Positions 25,530-41,014 are shown, counted from the whole stretch's first letter. The stretch is 63,515 bases of DNA, filler included, from Octopus bimaculoides (GCF_001194135.2; 8 parts of 8 records of this genome joined end to end with filler, not necessarily neighbours in it); one strand, 5' to 3'. Translations and numbers: made by a program. The notes: a model not told the origin generated them from the letters alone.

Positions 25530-26765
25530 TATGACGGGCTTCTTTCAGTTTCCGTCAACCAAATCCACACACAAGGCTTTGGTTTGACCTGAGGCTATAG
25601 TAGAAGACACTCACCCAAGGTGCCACGCGGTGGGACTGAACCCGGATCTCTGTAGTTGGGAACCAAGCTTCTTCTCACACAGCCATGTGTGTATGTGTAT
25701 GTGCTTATGTTTGTGTTTGTGTTTGTCCCAACCAGTGTTAGTTTGTTTACGTCCCTATGAACTATTCAGCATGGGAGATCGACAGAATAGTACCAGGCAT
25801 TAAATAAAAAAAAATGTGCTGGGTTTCGATTCGATCGACCGAAAATTCTTCAAGGCGTGTCCCAGCATGGCCGCAGTCTAATGACTGAAACAAGTAAAAA
25901 GTAAAAGGTATTAAGTGAGGAAATTTCACGTAGCTGTGTGGTAAGAAGCCTGCTTTCCGACCACATGGTTCCGGGTTCAGTCCCACTGCGTGGCACCTTG
26001 GACAAGTCTCTTCTACTATAGCCTCGGGCCGACCAAAGCCTTGTAAGAGGATTTTGTAGACGGAAACTGAAACTGAAATATATGTATGTATGTATGTGTT
26101 TGTCCCCCCACCATCGCTTGACAAATGATGGTGGTACGTTTACGTCCCCGTAACTTAGCAGTTCGGCAAAAAGAGACCGATAGAATAAGTACTAGGCTTA
26201 CAAAGAATAAGTCCTGGGGTCGGTTTGTTCGACTAAAGGCGGTGCTCCAGCATGGCCGCAGACAAATGATTGAAACATGTAAACGAATTAAAGAATGTTG
26301 TGGGTTGATTGGAAATGGTTATTCCTCGATGCCAAGGTTGCATTTCCATACAACTGTAACTTTACAAACAGATCACAAGATTAAAGGCGCTGAAATATCT
26401 GCTTTGCAAAGCATTCATGGAATTTTAAAACTTTAACTCGAAATTTCTGAAATTCTTTAGAAGAAATTTTTGAAGAATTATCTAGATTAATGGTTTCTAC
26501 AATGGCACCGCAAAAAATGTCATTACCTTGGGACATTCAAATGCTTTGTGAGTGAAAGTGGTTGACAGAAATTGCGTGAAAGCCGTCGCTTGACAACCAG
26601 TGTTGGTATGTTTATACCCCTGTAACTTAGCGGTTCAGTAAAAAACAACGATAGAATAAATACTAAGCTTCAAAATAAATACTGGGCTTGATTTGTTCCA
26701 TTACACACTTCAAGGCGATGCCCCAGCATGACCGCTGTCCAACGACTGAAACAAATGGAAGACAA
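25530..26765. mobile_element. Cluster of SINE family A pieces (25530-25685 minus; 25730-25910, 25930-26290 and 26545-26765 plus)
   Basis: Repeated family A head, body and tail motifs. Confidence 0.8.
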
Positions 26766-27068
26766 GGACCCTGATGAAACAGCACCGACCATGACACCAG
26801 GTTGCATATCCAACTGTGTGCAGCCGATTAGAGAAATTTAATTTCTCTAATTGAACTAATTGGATATAGAAACGGCTGTAGGTATAAAAATTTCATATAT
26901 TGATTTGAATTTCTTTGAGTAAACTGATGTCTATACGTCAATTTCTGCACTTTCTTCTTTTTCTCATTCATATATACATACACATATATATACTATCAAA
27001 ACAGTTTTTTTCCCCTGTAGCAAAATATCAAAATTAGAACCACGGTTAGCAATAAAAGTACTTTCTAA

Positions 27069-27256
27069 GGTGGTGAGCTGACAGAGTCGTTAACACACTT
27101 GGCAAAAATGCTTAGCGGTAGTTCTTCCGTCCTTACGTTCTGAGTTCAAATTCCACCGAATTCGACTTTGCCTTCTGGACTCTATAAAATACGTACCAAT
27201 TGAATATTGGTGTGGATATAATAGACTTTGTGGCCTTGTGCAAAAATTTGAAACCG
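27069..27256 (+). mobile_element. SINE family B copy
   Basis: Matches the family B consensus. Confidence 0.8.
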
Positions 27257-28507
27257 ATATAAGCAATTTGTCAGTCAAGTTTTCGTAGCGTCGATCCTTT
27301 AGGAAGGCTTATCAAAAAAGGAATTTCCGTCAACATTGGTTGCAGCTGATTTGAAATTGCAAGAAACAAAATGCACAACATTTAGGAAAGACGTTATTGT
27401 TTCACCTTTACTGAAAGACTAAATTGAAGACCAAAGTAATACCGTATTTCCCGACGTACAAACAGACGTATTATCTACTATAATAATACTCTTGTGTCAT
27501 ATGAATGAGAAAGGAAGGGGTGATAGATGAATAAGGAAGGAAGGGGGTGATATCAAACTGGAAGTGGGGTGGTGAACATTCAACACCGAAAAGAAAGACC
27601 AAACAGCGTTTCAACTTTGTGTGAGTATATGTGTGTATGTGTGTAAGTGTACAAGGGAATTATGTGAATGTTTGTATGTGTGATTATTATGTACCTTATA
27701 AAATACTTCAATTAGCCGTCATAAATAATATTCAAAAATTGTCAGCCTCTTTCCAAATCCTTTGGTCTTCCAAAGTCGTCTTGGTGTATAAGTCGACCTA
27801 CCTTTTTGCGGGGTTATAAATTTTGGTCTGAAACATTCGACTTGTATGGTCAAAAATCTGGTAGTCCACTATAGTTTCTTCTCTTTGACTTTGAACAAGT
27901 CAACTGATATTATTTGTGAAAAGTCTCTCCCTCTCTCCCTCCCTCTCTCCACCCTCTCCCTCTTTCTCTCTCTCTCTCTCTCTTAGATAAACGACTAGAT
28001 AAAATTGTCTTGCAATTTTTAGAGTTAATTCCATTTACAAAACTATTGTTAAAGTACTATACCAACTCATAAAAAAGTTCTTGATTGATATGGGAATTAA
28101 TATTAAAAGCTCGTTTTACCATTGCAGCAGACGCAATTCCAAACCAACTGCGGCGTTAATAATTCTCTTCACACATTAATGAAATTAGATAATCCAAAAT
28201 GATTCTCATAAAATGCATTTATCGTTCTCTCTCTCCATTTAGCATTTTCCCATGTCGCTGAAGAATTATCTTCTAACATTGACTCTAAGTTACAAATGTT
28301 TCCACAAATCAGCGCTGGGAAGGCAATCTGATGTGAAGGTATGTAAATTGATCAATTTTGTTGATGAATCATTGGAAACTATTTCTCTTTCAGTCAAAAG
28401 GTGATTGGAGAAAAGTAACAAAAATCCTCAGCCAGTGAGAAGCCTTAAAATGGCGTTTCAAAATGCATTTTCTTCTTGTGACAAGTATTATGAAAAGGTA
28501 TTTATCA

Positions 28508-29125
28508 GACGTAGGAGTGGCTGTGTGGTAACCTCGGGCCTACTAAAACCTTGTGAGTGGATTTGACAAACGGAAACTGAAAGAAGCCCGTCGTATATCT
28601 TTTATCTTTTACTTGTTTCAGTCATTAACCTGTGGCTATGGTGAGGAATCGCCCCACCCCCACCCCCTAGTACTTATTACGCTTAGTTTTAAAGCCACGT
28701 GCTTATTCTAACGGTCTCATTTGCTGAACCACTAAGTTACAGGGACATAAATACACCAACACCAGTTAAGAGATGGTGGTGTTGTGGGGTGGGGGGAACA
28801 AACACAGACGCAGAAACATGTCTCTGAATGCAGGCTTAGCTGGGTGGAGGTGCTTGTCTCCCCCTCGTAAACGTAAGGACACAGGAAATGTGTCAAGGCC
28901 GACAGGAATCGGTGCTGCTTCCTAGGGCTAAATAGCAGTAGTATTATTCCCTTCATGGGACTGTCACATTAAGTTGACAGCATACAACTACTATATATAT
29001 AGTCCCGGGTTCAGTCCCACTGCGTGGCATCTTGGGCAAGTGTCTTCTACTATAGCCTCGGGCCGACCAAAGCCTTGTGAGTGGATTTGGTAGACGGAAA
29101 CTGAAAGAAGCCCGTCGTATATGTG
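28508..29125. mobile_element. SINE family A fragments in both orientations
   Basis: Head at 28508, a minus-strand tail at about 28600-28760, and a body at 29003-29125. Confidence 0.7.
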
Positions 29126-29236
29126 TATATATATANNNNNNNNNNNNNNNNNNNNNNNNNNNNNNNNNNNNNNNNNNNNTTAATTAATTAANNNNNNNNN
29201 NNNNNNNNNNNNNNNNNNNNNNNNNNNNNNNNNNNC

Positions 29237-29276
<40 letters not shown>

Positions 29277-30379
29277 TCAACAACAGTAACAACAACCACA
29301 ACACAGACAACAGCATCAACGACAGTATCAACAAGAAGAGTAATAACAAGTAGACGATGAAGAAGATTTAAATCCAGCAATGGTCGTCTGCTGAAAATTG
29401 CTAGGGCGGCAAGCATGTAGCATTGATTTTGATGTCGGTTGTCGTTTAATATTTCAGACAAATATAGCATTGTCTAACTTATGTATGGCAGAGATTTGCA
29501 AAACACGAACTTCGATTAACTGAGATTAGTTAAGTTATCGCTTGACAGAAACTCCCTCAGGCGATGTTTAAACATTCAAAGAGAAAATAACCCCCAATTC
29601 CCACCCCCCACCCCCAGTACGATCAGCGGAACGGAACTTTCAGCGCATAACGATTCTGCAGACATCAGTGTGTATTGTATCTTAGGCCAGCTGAAGTAAG
29701 CAACGGACAGCATGTTTCGGTAATATGAGGTTTCCTCAGAAAGGCGTGTGTCTTGTCACTTGTCGAAACTAAATTTGATCTATGTATGTGTGTGGGTGTA
29801 TATATATATATATATACAGAGAGAGAGAGAGAGAGAAAGAGAGAGATCCTATTTGTGCGTTGTGGGGTCTGTGCCTGTGTGTGTGCCTGCGTATACATGT
29901 GTGTATGTATATCTTTGTGTTTGTATGTGTGTATATATGTATATGTATTAATGCATGAAAGTTTTCACAGCTCTAGCATTGTTCCTTCATAGGCAGCCTA
30001 ACAATTTCTCAGCCCACCCTCATGCAAAATTTAACTAAACAACGAGTAAATCTTAACATATTAATATTGTTACCGCTTCGAAATAAGGTAAGCAGACGTT
30101 TAATGGAAATTATCCAAAATGTCTAGTCGTGTTTTAAGGAGGATGAGCTGTGAATTGAGATTTCGTTGCTGTTATTTCTAGAAGGAGCGGCTAAAATATA
30201 GAAGTTTCCCGTTGATTTGTCCGCAAATAGTTTCTCGGCATTATGCTAACGATGCTAATTAATGGTTCAAGAAGAATATAAATTATCACAAACCGTAGTA
30301 TCCTGTGAGCATACACAAATAATACAGAAATATCTCGGATAATTATGAGAAAATGTGAACATATTAGTGAACAAAGAAT

Positions 30380-30433
<54 letters not shown>

Positions 30434-31196
30434 NNNNNNNNNNNNNNNNNNNNNNNNNNNNNNNNNNNNNNNNNNNNNNNNNNNNNNNNNNNNNNNNNNN
30501 NNNNNNNNNNNNNNNNNNNNNNNNNNNNNNNNNNNNNNNNNNNNNNNNNNNNNNNNNNNNNNNNNNNNNNNNNNNNNNNNNNNNNNNNNNNNNNNNNNNN
30601 NNNNNNNNNACATATATATATATATATGTATATATATTATATGTATATGTATACATACACATTTCTATACACATATACTTATAAATTAACACATGTACAT
30701 ATGTTAAATTGTATATATAAGCATACACATGTATGTATAAACATATATATATATATATGTTTATATAAGTACACTACTCACATAGATGTATAGACACACG
30801 CATACAAACACACACTAAGTGATGATTAGTAGAATATAGCTCTAAATCCATTTTACAGAAGTTGTTTCTTTCATTGAAGTGTTCTGCATTTTTGTTTGCG
30901 TAGCATCATATTCGAACGTGCAGCCGTTTTGCCTTTATCTCCTCTTCGCTTCTCCTTTTATCATTTACACCGAGATACCATAGTCTGAATATACCTTCGT
31001 TCCTAACTTATAATTTCTTTATTTTAACAATCTAGCTTGTTAAAATAATAACTTGCTCGGAATAATAAGGTATGGTGTTCAAGCTGTCCGCCGCAGCGTT
31101 GCACCTCTGCGTGATACTGCAATAACAAAAGCAGATATGACTCGCAGCCTGCATGCATATATGTATGTACACACACACACACACACACACATTCAC

Positions 31197-31246
<50 letters not shown>

Positions 31247-31268
31247 CACATATATATAGATACATGGA

Positions 31269-31307
<39 letters not shown>

Positions 31308-31478
31308 TGGTATGAAATGTATAAACATAAGTACATATATATAAATATATATATATATACATTCATATATATACATTTATAAGTATATATGTATATATAG
31401 GTATACACACACACATTTATATGTGTGCATATATGTATGTATATATATATATATACATATATATACAGATATATATGC

Positions 31479-31551
<73 letters not shown>

Positions 31552-31775
31552 CATACATACACACATCCATATATCATATCTTTGTAGGTGGCTGCGTAAT
31601 GGTACACAATGGCATTTTTTATCGCTGTGTGATGTTGCAACCTATGTCTGGTCGTTTTATTAATTAAGAAATACACCTGATTCCATCGCTCTAACAATGC
31701 GACGAAGCGCTTTGTGACTAGCAGTTTGTAACAACATTCATTAGCGTAGCAGATATTGTGATACGGTGACATATA

Positions 31776-32100
31776 TACGAGAAGGTGCTGAAAGTAAAGT
31801 TTCGAATGGAAGGATGTTCTTTCTCGGAGATATATGCGTGTCTATCCGTTTTATGCAGCTCTTTATATCTCATGATACGAGAAGTTACGTGAACCAGTTG
31901 TTAGAATCCTGGCGTCACAAGTGTGAGTTCCATTCATTGGCTAAGCAGCGTCTTGCGTCTTCGAACAAGGTACTTATTTCCACGTTTCTTTATTCTGCCC
32001 TACTGGAAAAGAGTACCACTAGCTGTCAGATGCTCGGGGTTCCACCAGGAAGAAAGGCGGATTGAACGAGGTGGTGACTACACAAGCATCTGAAAGCGTC
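31776..32100 (+). mobile_element. Internally deleted mariner-like remnant
   Basis: Starts TA-TACGAG, a mariner-type terminus. A frame near 32050-32090 gives ERRIERGGDY, resembling the mariner C-terminal CIExxGDY motif. Confidence 0.45.
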
Positions 32101-32347
32101 AGTTAATGTGTCGTGTGCGCTACGGCGTCACACTCATTGCCAGTGAAGACTAAGCTTCATAGAAATCGATGAAATAGGTTCCCGGTAGTTATAAGTATTG
32201 GGATGATGGTATGATGGTTGGCTAAGACAAATTCTTGAAGACGTTGGCTTTATGACAGAATGGCAAACTTGGAAGGAGATTATTCTAATGTGAAAGTTAG
32301 TCACACAATCAGGAAGAGTGATAGACAACATGATCAATATATAGATA

Positions 32348-32434
32348 GAGAAGAAGAAGAAGAAGAAGAAGAAGAAGAAGAAGAAGAAGAAGAAGAAGAA
32401 GAAGAAGAAGAAGAAGAAGAAGAAGAAGAACAAG

Positions 32435-32465
<31 letters not shown>

Positions 32466-32545
32466 ACATCATGAACAAGAACAAGATGATGATGATGACG
32501 ACGACGACGACGACGACGACGATGATGATGATGATGATGAAAAAC
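32348..32545. repeat. Compound (GAA)n/(CAA)n/(GAT/GAC)n microsatellite
   Basis: Directly visible. Confidence 0.95.
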
Positions 32546-32989
32546 AATAAGAGAAAGAGAGAGGTGGAGGAGGGAAACAAATGCAAGAGAAATGAGAGAG
32601 TGGGAGGAAGAGATTTGGAGGGCAAGCAATATTATTCTCCTCAGAAAACAGGTGGTTTCATCCCAGATCTATAAACAAGGAGAGAGAGAGAGAGAGAGAG
32701 AGAGACATTCAGAAGTTGTTTTCCGCCATAAATTTCCCAGAATTCCTTGACATCTTTTTTTTCATTAATTTATTATATTTTGTTTGCTTATATTTTTACA
32801 CTTCAAAAAATAAACGACAATTTTATTCGCTTTGTTTTTGTGATTTTGTTTAATTTTAATTTTCCTTCTGTTTCGAGATAGAAGCGGGTNNNNNNNNNNN
32901 NNNNNNNNNNNNNNNNNNNNNNNNNNNNNNNNNNNNNNNNNNNNNNNNNNNNNNNNNNNNNNNNNNNNNNNNNNNNNNNNNNNNNNNNN

Positions 32990-33025
<36 letters not shown>

Positions 33026-34215
33026 CTATCTATCCATCTCTATATATATATATGCATATATATATATATGCGTATATATATATATGAATATATTTGTGTG
33101 TGTATATATATATGGATGTATATATTTGTATATATCCTTTATCTCTGTACACGCATGTGTGTGTGTGTGTTATTACGACATCAATACCTCGTTTCGGGTA
33201 AATAACGCTGTTTACTACTTTACAAAAGCGTCTTTCCTTCTGAGGTGCTCTGACGAGGGAAAAGACAAGGAGCGACTGAGAGAAAGAAAAGAAGGAAGGA
33301 AATATAAAATCTAAACAACAACAACAAAAACGAAAGAACAAAAGTTTTTAAACATCAATTTTTTAAGTGTATTTTTAATGATATTCATTTTGTCTTTATT
33401 TCCTAATCTGTTTCATTACAGACTTACAATTCAAAATATTCATTTTTTTTACGCAAATAAACACGGATGTTTGTTTGTATGTATGTATGTATGTACGTAT
33501 GTATGTATGTACGTATGTATGTATATATNNNNNNNNNNNNNNNNNNNNNNNNNNNNNNNNNNNNNNNNNNNNNNNNNNNNNNNNNNNNNNNNNNNNNNNN
33601 NNNNNNNNNNNNNNNNNNNNNNNNNNNNNNNNNNNNNNNNNNNNNNNNNNNNNNNNNNNNNNNNNNNNNNNNNNNNNNNNNNNNNNNNNNNNNNNNNNNN
33701 NNNNNNNNNNNNNNNNNNNNNNNNNNNNNNNNNNNNNNNNNNNNNNNNNNNNNNNNNNNNNNNNNNNNNNNNNNNNNNNNNNNNNNNNNNNNNNNNNNNN
33801 NNNNNNNNNNNNNNNNNNNNNNNNNNNNNNNNNNNNNNNNNNNNNNNNNNNNNNNNNNNNNNNNNNNNNNNNNNNNNNNNNNNNNNNNNNNNNNNNNNNN
33901 NNNNNNNNNNNNNNNNNNNNNNNNNNNNNNNNNNNNNNNNNNNNNNNNNNNNNNNNNNNNNNNNNNNNNNNNNNNNNNNNNNNNNNNNNNNNNNNNNNNN
34001 NNNNNNNNNNNNNNNNNNNNNNNNNNNNNNNNNNNNNNNNNNNNNNNNNNNNNNNNNNNNNNNNNNNNNNNNNNNNNNNNNNNNNNNNNNNNNNNNNNNN
34101 NNNNNNNNNNNNNNNNNNNNNNNNNNNAAGCTGTACTGTGTATTTTTCTCATTTAATCTGTAGGTTTGTATCATCATTGTATTCATTCATAAAAAAATTG
34201 TACATATGTCGTTTG

Positions 34216-34295
<80 letters not shown>

Positions 34296-36199
34296 ATGTA
34301 TATGTCTGCAGTAATGATTAAGCGGTGTCTTGCTGAAAAGCTTCCATGAGATGGAAACATGTCTCTAGCTGTTACCATTGTACCGAGGATCAGACTCGAT
34401 GCTTTCCATATTTATGAGATATGAAGTAATCACAATGTTATGATGTAGTGTTTTCCAGTTATAATGATATGATGTAGTGTTTTCCAGTTGTATCTATTCT
34501 AGTAGCCACGATATTTTCTTGGTATCCGGTAGCGAGTGTAATTGTGCGAAAGTTCCAGGGTTTTAGCGGAGTGTAGAGTTACCCCTTAGCCACTATTGTT
34601 CTCAAGTCTACTCTGATCTAGAATAGAAGTATCTGACCGGGTCTTAGCTATGAGTTAAATAACATGTAACCACCAGAGTCAGTATATTTTGAAATCATGG
34701 ATTGCAGCGTGCTGGATGTCAACTACTTCGGGAAATTAACTGAGTCAGTGGCGAATATCACTGGATGTTGAGCGGATGAACAGTCAACAAAATATCAACG
34801 GCCAGGATTAACCAATTCAGTTAACCGATCAGTATCACCTGTACTTGTGGCATGTGGAGATGAGATATTTTAGCTAGAGAAAGACGAATAAGATTAAAAC
34901 CTAAGTCACAGCGCATCACTTGATCGCAAGTTGTAACGTAGAAGATTTACACTGGTTTAGGAAACTCGCCAAACCTAGATCGATAGATGGATGGATGGAT
35001 GGATGGATGGATGGATGGATGGATGGATGGATGGAGGGGTGGATGGAGGCGGAGAGAGAGGGATGAATGGATTGATTGATGGAAGAATAGATAGAACAAT
35101 ATAACCTTCATCATGTATTGAGTACTATAATTTTAATACGTTCTGGCGTACCATTTATCAATGTCATAGACGTGGTATGTTTTTCAATTCAAACTTAATT
35201 GAAACTGAGAAAATATATTTTTTTAAATTTCAGATTTGTTTCTTAATTAAACAAGAGAACAATGACAAATCACATGTCAGGATNNNNNNNNNNNNNNNNN
35301 NNNNNNNNNNNNNNNNNNNNNNNNNNNNNNNNNNNNNNNNNNNNNNNNNNNNNNNNNNNNNNNNNNNNNNNNNNNNNNNNNNNNNNNNNNNNNNNNNNNN
35401 NNNNNNNNNNNNNNNNNNNNNNNNNNNNNNNNNNNNNNNNNNNNNNNNNNNNNNNNNNNNNNNNNNNNNNNNNNNNNNNNNNNNNNNNNNNNNNNNNNNN
35501 NNNNNNNNNNNNNNNNNNNNNNNNNNNNNNNNNNNNNNNNNNNNNNNNNNNNNNNNNNNNNNNNNNNNNNNNNNNNNNNNNNNNNNNNNNNNNNNNNNNN
35601 NNNNNNNNNNNNNNNNNNNNNNNNNNNNNNNNNNNNNNNNNNNNNNNNNNNNNNNNNNNNNNNNNNNNNNNNNNNNNNNNNNNNNNNNNNNNNNNNNNNN
35701 NNNNNNNNNNNNNNNNNNNNNNNNNNNNNNNNNNNNNNNNNNNNNNNNNNNNNNNNNNNNNNNNNNNNNNNNNNNNNNNNNNNNNNNNNNNNNNNNNNNN
35801 NNNNNNNNNNNNNNNNNNNNNNNNNNNNNNNNNNNNNNNNNNNNNNNNNNNNNNNNNNNNNNNNNNNNNNNNNNNNNNNNNNNNNNNNNNNNNNNNNNNN
35901 NNNNNNNNNNNNNNNNNNNNNNNNNNNNNNNNNNNNNNNNNNNNNNNNNNNNNNNNNNNNNNNNNNNNNNNNNNNNNNNNNNNNNNNNNNNNNNNNNNNN
36001 NNNNNNNNNNNNNNNNNNNNNNNNNNNNNNNNNNNNNNNNNNNNNNNNNNNNNNNNNNNNNNNNNNNNNNNNNNNNNNNNNNNNNNNNNNNNNNNNNNNN
36101 NNNNNNNATCTTATATATATATATATATGAGGGGGTGCTTTCTCGTATGCGAGCAAATCCATTGCTAGAAAGAATCATTGAAATGAGTCATTTTACGAC

Positions 36200-36420
36200 T
36201 CTTGAGCCCGGCAAAAATTTTGCACATTTTGTTGCATAATGCACAGCTGTGTCGGCTGACAGAACAGGTGTCACAGTATGATCTCTGTTTATTTCCTTGT
36301 GTTCCTTTCTGCTGAAGAGCGTAGACTCGAAACGTAAAAGATTTTCTCACCTTCCCTGAGCGTCAAACTAATACACCTGCTTGTTGTTTATACACCTGCC
36401 TTTGTCCTTGGTTCTTCTTT
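36200..36420 (+). mobile_element. Dispersed repeat with Penelope-like 3' motif (CTGAAGAGCGTAGACTCGAAACG)
   Basis: A paralogue lies at 5200-5290. The motif resembles GIY-YIG retroelement tails (tentative). Confidence 0.55.
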
Positions 36421-36926
36421 AAATTTCATCAGAGTAGAGAAGTTCTTACATTTCAGATCTTAATGCAGAGAAGCTCAAAGAACTAAATCTACCAACATTA
36501 TTTATGGAACGCTGAGCCTCCAGAAACAGCTGTTGGACTTATAACACCTTTCTTCCACCCCTTTAGTTTTCCCTGTCGCCTGTACTCTGTGAAAGTTGGA
36601 TCTATTAAAATATATATATATTATACATATATATATTTATACATGTAAATTCATCGTGTGAAAGTTTCCACTGTCTGTTTTCTTTCATTTTGCATGTATA
36701 CATATATACATATTTTTTGTAGTTGATGTATTTTATATATTTAATGTATTAGATGTATAATTTGTTTATCCACATAATTGCTTCTATATAGGTGTGTGTG
36801 TGTCATTGTGAGTGTATGTGTGTGCGTGTGTGAGTACGTACGTATGAATATATATACATAATAATACATATACACGAAATATATAGGAATATACGGACAT
36901 GTACACACACTCAGAAGAACACACAT

Positions 36927-36971
<45 letters not shown>

Positions 36972-38758
36972 TACATAAATATACATAAGTATATACATAT
37001 ATGTCTGTTTATATGTGTGTATGTATATTTACATACATATATACAAATACAGACACACACACATGCATATACCAATATATAGTGTATATATATATATATA
37101 TGTATATACATATGTGTGTGAGTAAGTATGCGGTTTGTTTACAGCGAAACCTGAACAGCAATTAGCCTAATCAATTGAGTGTATATACGGGTGGCATAAT
37201 AACATGATACCTCATAATTGGTACCCCAGTGATAATGACGTAGATAAAGATGCTAGTAGGAAATGTAATATTCTTATTTCTGTCTGATAACACATAGAAT
37301 ATACAAAGATACGAATACAACACGCTCATATGCCACACGCATGTATAATCAATACTATTTACATTTATATATATATATATATTATGTATGTATGTATATA
37401 TATATATATATATATGTATATACTTTCTGATACATGTACATCTATATATATATGTGTGTGTGTGTATACACGTATGTGTACAAGCACATTCATACAGTAA
37501 TCACAGTGAGTGACATGTATACACATATTTTTAATGCGTTTACGTATAAGCATATTTATAAAGAAAAGAATATATTATATATTCATTTGATTTGCTATGT
37601 ATGGAAGCACATATAAGTTTAATGTGTACATTTATGTGTGCGTGTTTATGAGAGAGAGTGAGTAAGTGTATGTGTATGTGTGTCTTTGTAAATATATGTA
37701 TGTATGTTTGTGTATATAGATAAATCGATACATACATACATGCACACATACATACATGCACACATACATACATACATACATGCACACATGCATACATACA
37801 TACATGCATGCATACGTACATACATACATACATATATACATGCACACATGTATACATACATACATACATATATGCACACATACATACATACATACATACA
37901 TATGCATATCGCGGAGAATTTACACAATCCTTGCTGCAATGAATAGAATAGTTAGATTTATTTCTTTCGGATCTTTGTGTCCTGAGTTCGAATCCAGACT
38001 ATTTCACTTTTCGTTTTCATCGATTTCAGGTCGCGAAATGAACTCCCAGTCTCTGCGAAGTATTGGTGGAATATTAGAGGATTAAAAGAGACGTGTTGCC
38101 ACATCTATTACGTTCCGGGTTGCATGAGTTCTAATTCCAGCTTCATTTAGGGTCATTGTTAAGAGCTTTAGCAATTTTTTTTTTTTGTACGTCAGTTCCT
38201 CACAGCCTTTCCTAATACATACACACACATACACATGAATACATACACACACACTTGAAATATACTGCGTTTCTAACACTCTACGTCTTCAAAAAGACCT
38301 TTCCTGGATGAAATTACGCAGCCCGAAAGCGCTTAACCACACACATGCACTGAGTATGTGTTATCAATAATGTTTGCTTTATAGAACTGCTCCTAAGACA
38401 AAATTTGTATTTTATTTTACTTGTGCGACGCTTTTCCCCATCGGGTGATAGATTTTATGCTACCTGTATAGACCTCAGACCAGCGATTCGAATTCGTTTC
38501 GAGGATGAACCGTGTATACGGCATTAATAAGCAGACATAACCCCATAATATCCATATCTGTCGTTCTGGATCTCGTTCCGGTATGATTCATTTCGCTAGT
38601 GTTATAATTGAAAACTGTTGGTATCAGGTACATACATGCACATACATGCACATACATACACATACATACACATACATACTCACACATGCACAAACATACA
38701 TACATACATACATACACACATACATATATTCGTACATGCATTCATACACATATATTCA

Positions 38759-38796
<38 letters not shown>

Positions 38797-39515
38797 NNNN
38801 NNNNNNNNNNNNNNNNNNNNNNNNNNNNNNNNNNNNNNNNNNNNNNNNNNNNNNNNNNNNNNNNNNNNNNNNNNNNNNNNNNNNNNNNNNNNNNNNNNNN
38901 NNNNNNNNNNNNNNNNNNNNNNNNNNNNNNNNNNNNNNNNNNNNNNNNNNNNNNNNNNNNNNNNNNNNNNNNNNNNNNNNNNNNNNNNNNNNNNNNNNNN
39001 NNNNNNNNNNNNNNNNNNNNNNNNNNNNNNNNNNNNNNNNNNNNNNNNNNNNNNNNNNNNNNNNNNNNNNNNNNNNNNNNNNNNNNNNNNNNNNNNNNNN
39101 NNNNNNNNNNNNNNNNNNNNNNNNNNNNNNNNNNNNNNNNNNNNNNNNNNNNNNNNNNNNNNNNNNNNNNNNNNNNNNNNNNNNNNNNNNNNNNNNNNNN
39201 NNNNNNNNNNNNNNNNNNNNNNNNNNNNNNNNNNNNNNNNNNNNNNNNNNNNNNNNNNNNNNNNNNNNNNNNNNNNTGCCTGTTTTTTATGTCAAGTTAC
39301 ATATATATTAAAGCAATTTTAAATTAAACAGGAGGATTATTCAATACTTCTTTAATATGTGTTTATCATACGTTTACAGGCAAGACGTTGGAAGTGATTT
39401 GAAGTCACTGACAACCTTTTCCTGGTAAAAGCCTAATAAGCATACATGTATGTATGTATGTGCATATGCAATATATAAATATATGCATATATACGTATGT
39501 ATCTATATATATATA

Positions 39516-39560
<45 letters not shown>

Positions 39561-39802
39561 ATGCATGTATATATATGTATATATATAAATCTATATGTAT
39601 GCACACACACATACACACACACACACACACAATTTATACATAAACTACTTTGCATGTCTTTTAGTAAGTAAGCGACAGCAGATGTGTTGTCCTTATGAGA
39701 TGTCTATTCTACCATCTGGTGTCGCTTGCATTGCTAAACATACCTCATTATATTTTGCTTCGTGTGTGTATGCATGTCTCTGCGTATGTATCTCTCTTTC
39801 TC

Positions 39803-39865
<63 letters not shown>

Positions 39866-40982
39866 NNNNNNNNNNNNNNNNNNNNNNNNNNNNNNNNNNN
39901 NNGTGTGTGTGTGTGTGTGTTTGCATGTATGTTTTTTTCTTTGAATTTTATTCAAGTTCTTCTGAAGAGAATGCAAGCTGGTGTCATATGTGTACGTAAG
40001 TATGTATGTACGTATGTATGTATGTATGTATGTATGTATGTATGTATGTATGCCCAACGCGCGCGTGTGTGTGTAGTTGTGAGACTTAGTCCCCGCGCAT
40101 GCAGAGAGCACTTTCTTAAAATATTGGTTTTATACTAGAGTCATTCTTAGCGTTCTGAGCTTTGATATTAACGTTCTGAGTTCAAATCTCCCCTGCGTAA
40201 AATTTGACTATTACCCTTCCCAGATAGATAACGAGCCAGTAAATTCTGGGATCGAATCTTATCTTTCTCTGTCAATCTCTCTCTCTCTCTCTCTCTCTTT
40301 CCCTAATATATATATGTATATANNNNNNNNNNNNNNNNNNNNNNNNNNNNNNNNNNNNNNNNNNNNNNNNNNNNNNNNNNNNNNNNNNNNNNNNNNNNNN
40401 NNNNNNNNNNNNNNNNNNNNNNNNNNNNNNNNNNNNNNNNNNNNNNNNNNNNNNNNNNNNNNNNNNNNNNNNNNNNNNNNNNNNNNNNNNNNNNNNNNNN
40501 NNNNNNNNNNNNNNNNNNNNNNNNNNNNNNNNNNNNNNNNNNNNNNNNNNNNNNNNNNNNNNNNNNNNNNNNNNNNNNNNNNNNNNNNNNNNNNNNNNNN
40601 NNNNNNNNNNNNNNNNNNNNNNNNNNNNNNNNNNNNNNNNNNNNNNNNNNNNNNNNNNNNNNNNNNNNNNNNNNNNNNNNNNNNNNNNNNNNNNNNNNNN
40701 NNNNNNNNNNNNNNNNNNNNNNNNNNNNNNNNNNNNNNNNNNNNNNNNNNNNNNNNNNNNNNNNNNNNNNNNNNNNNNNNNNNNNNNNNNNNNNNNNNNN
40801 NNNNNNNNTGGAACTTTTCTTTCATCAGCTGCCTCTATTCTAAACTAGGCGTTTCGAAGATGAGGCAGAACGCGCTCTTAGAATAGCTCTTACCGCGAAG
40901 TGGATTAACACACACACACACACACACATATATATGTGTGTGTGTGTGTGTGTGTGTATGTGTGTGTGTGCGTGCGTGCGTG

Positions 40983-41014
<32 letters not shown>

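Noticed and set aside
28243-28338. Exon-like 96-nt segment with a good acceptor and GTATGT donor
   Set aside because: The only open translation (HFPMSLKNYLL...) is unrecognisable and has no partner exons.
32260-32629. Poly-Glu/Gln and poly-Leu/Phe ORFs
   Set aside because: They are products of a compound triplet microsatellite.
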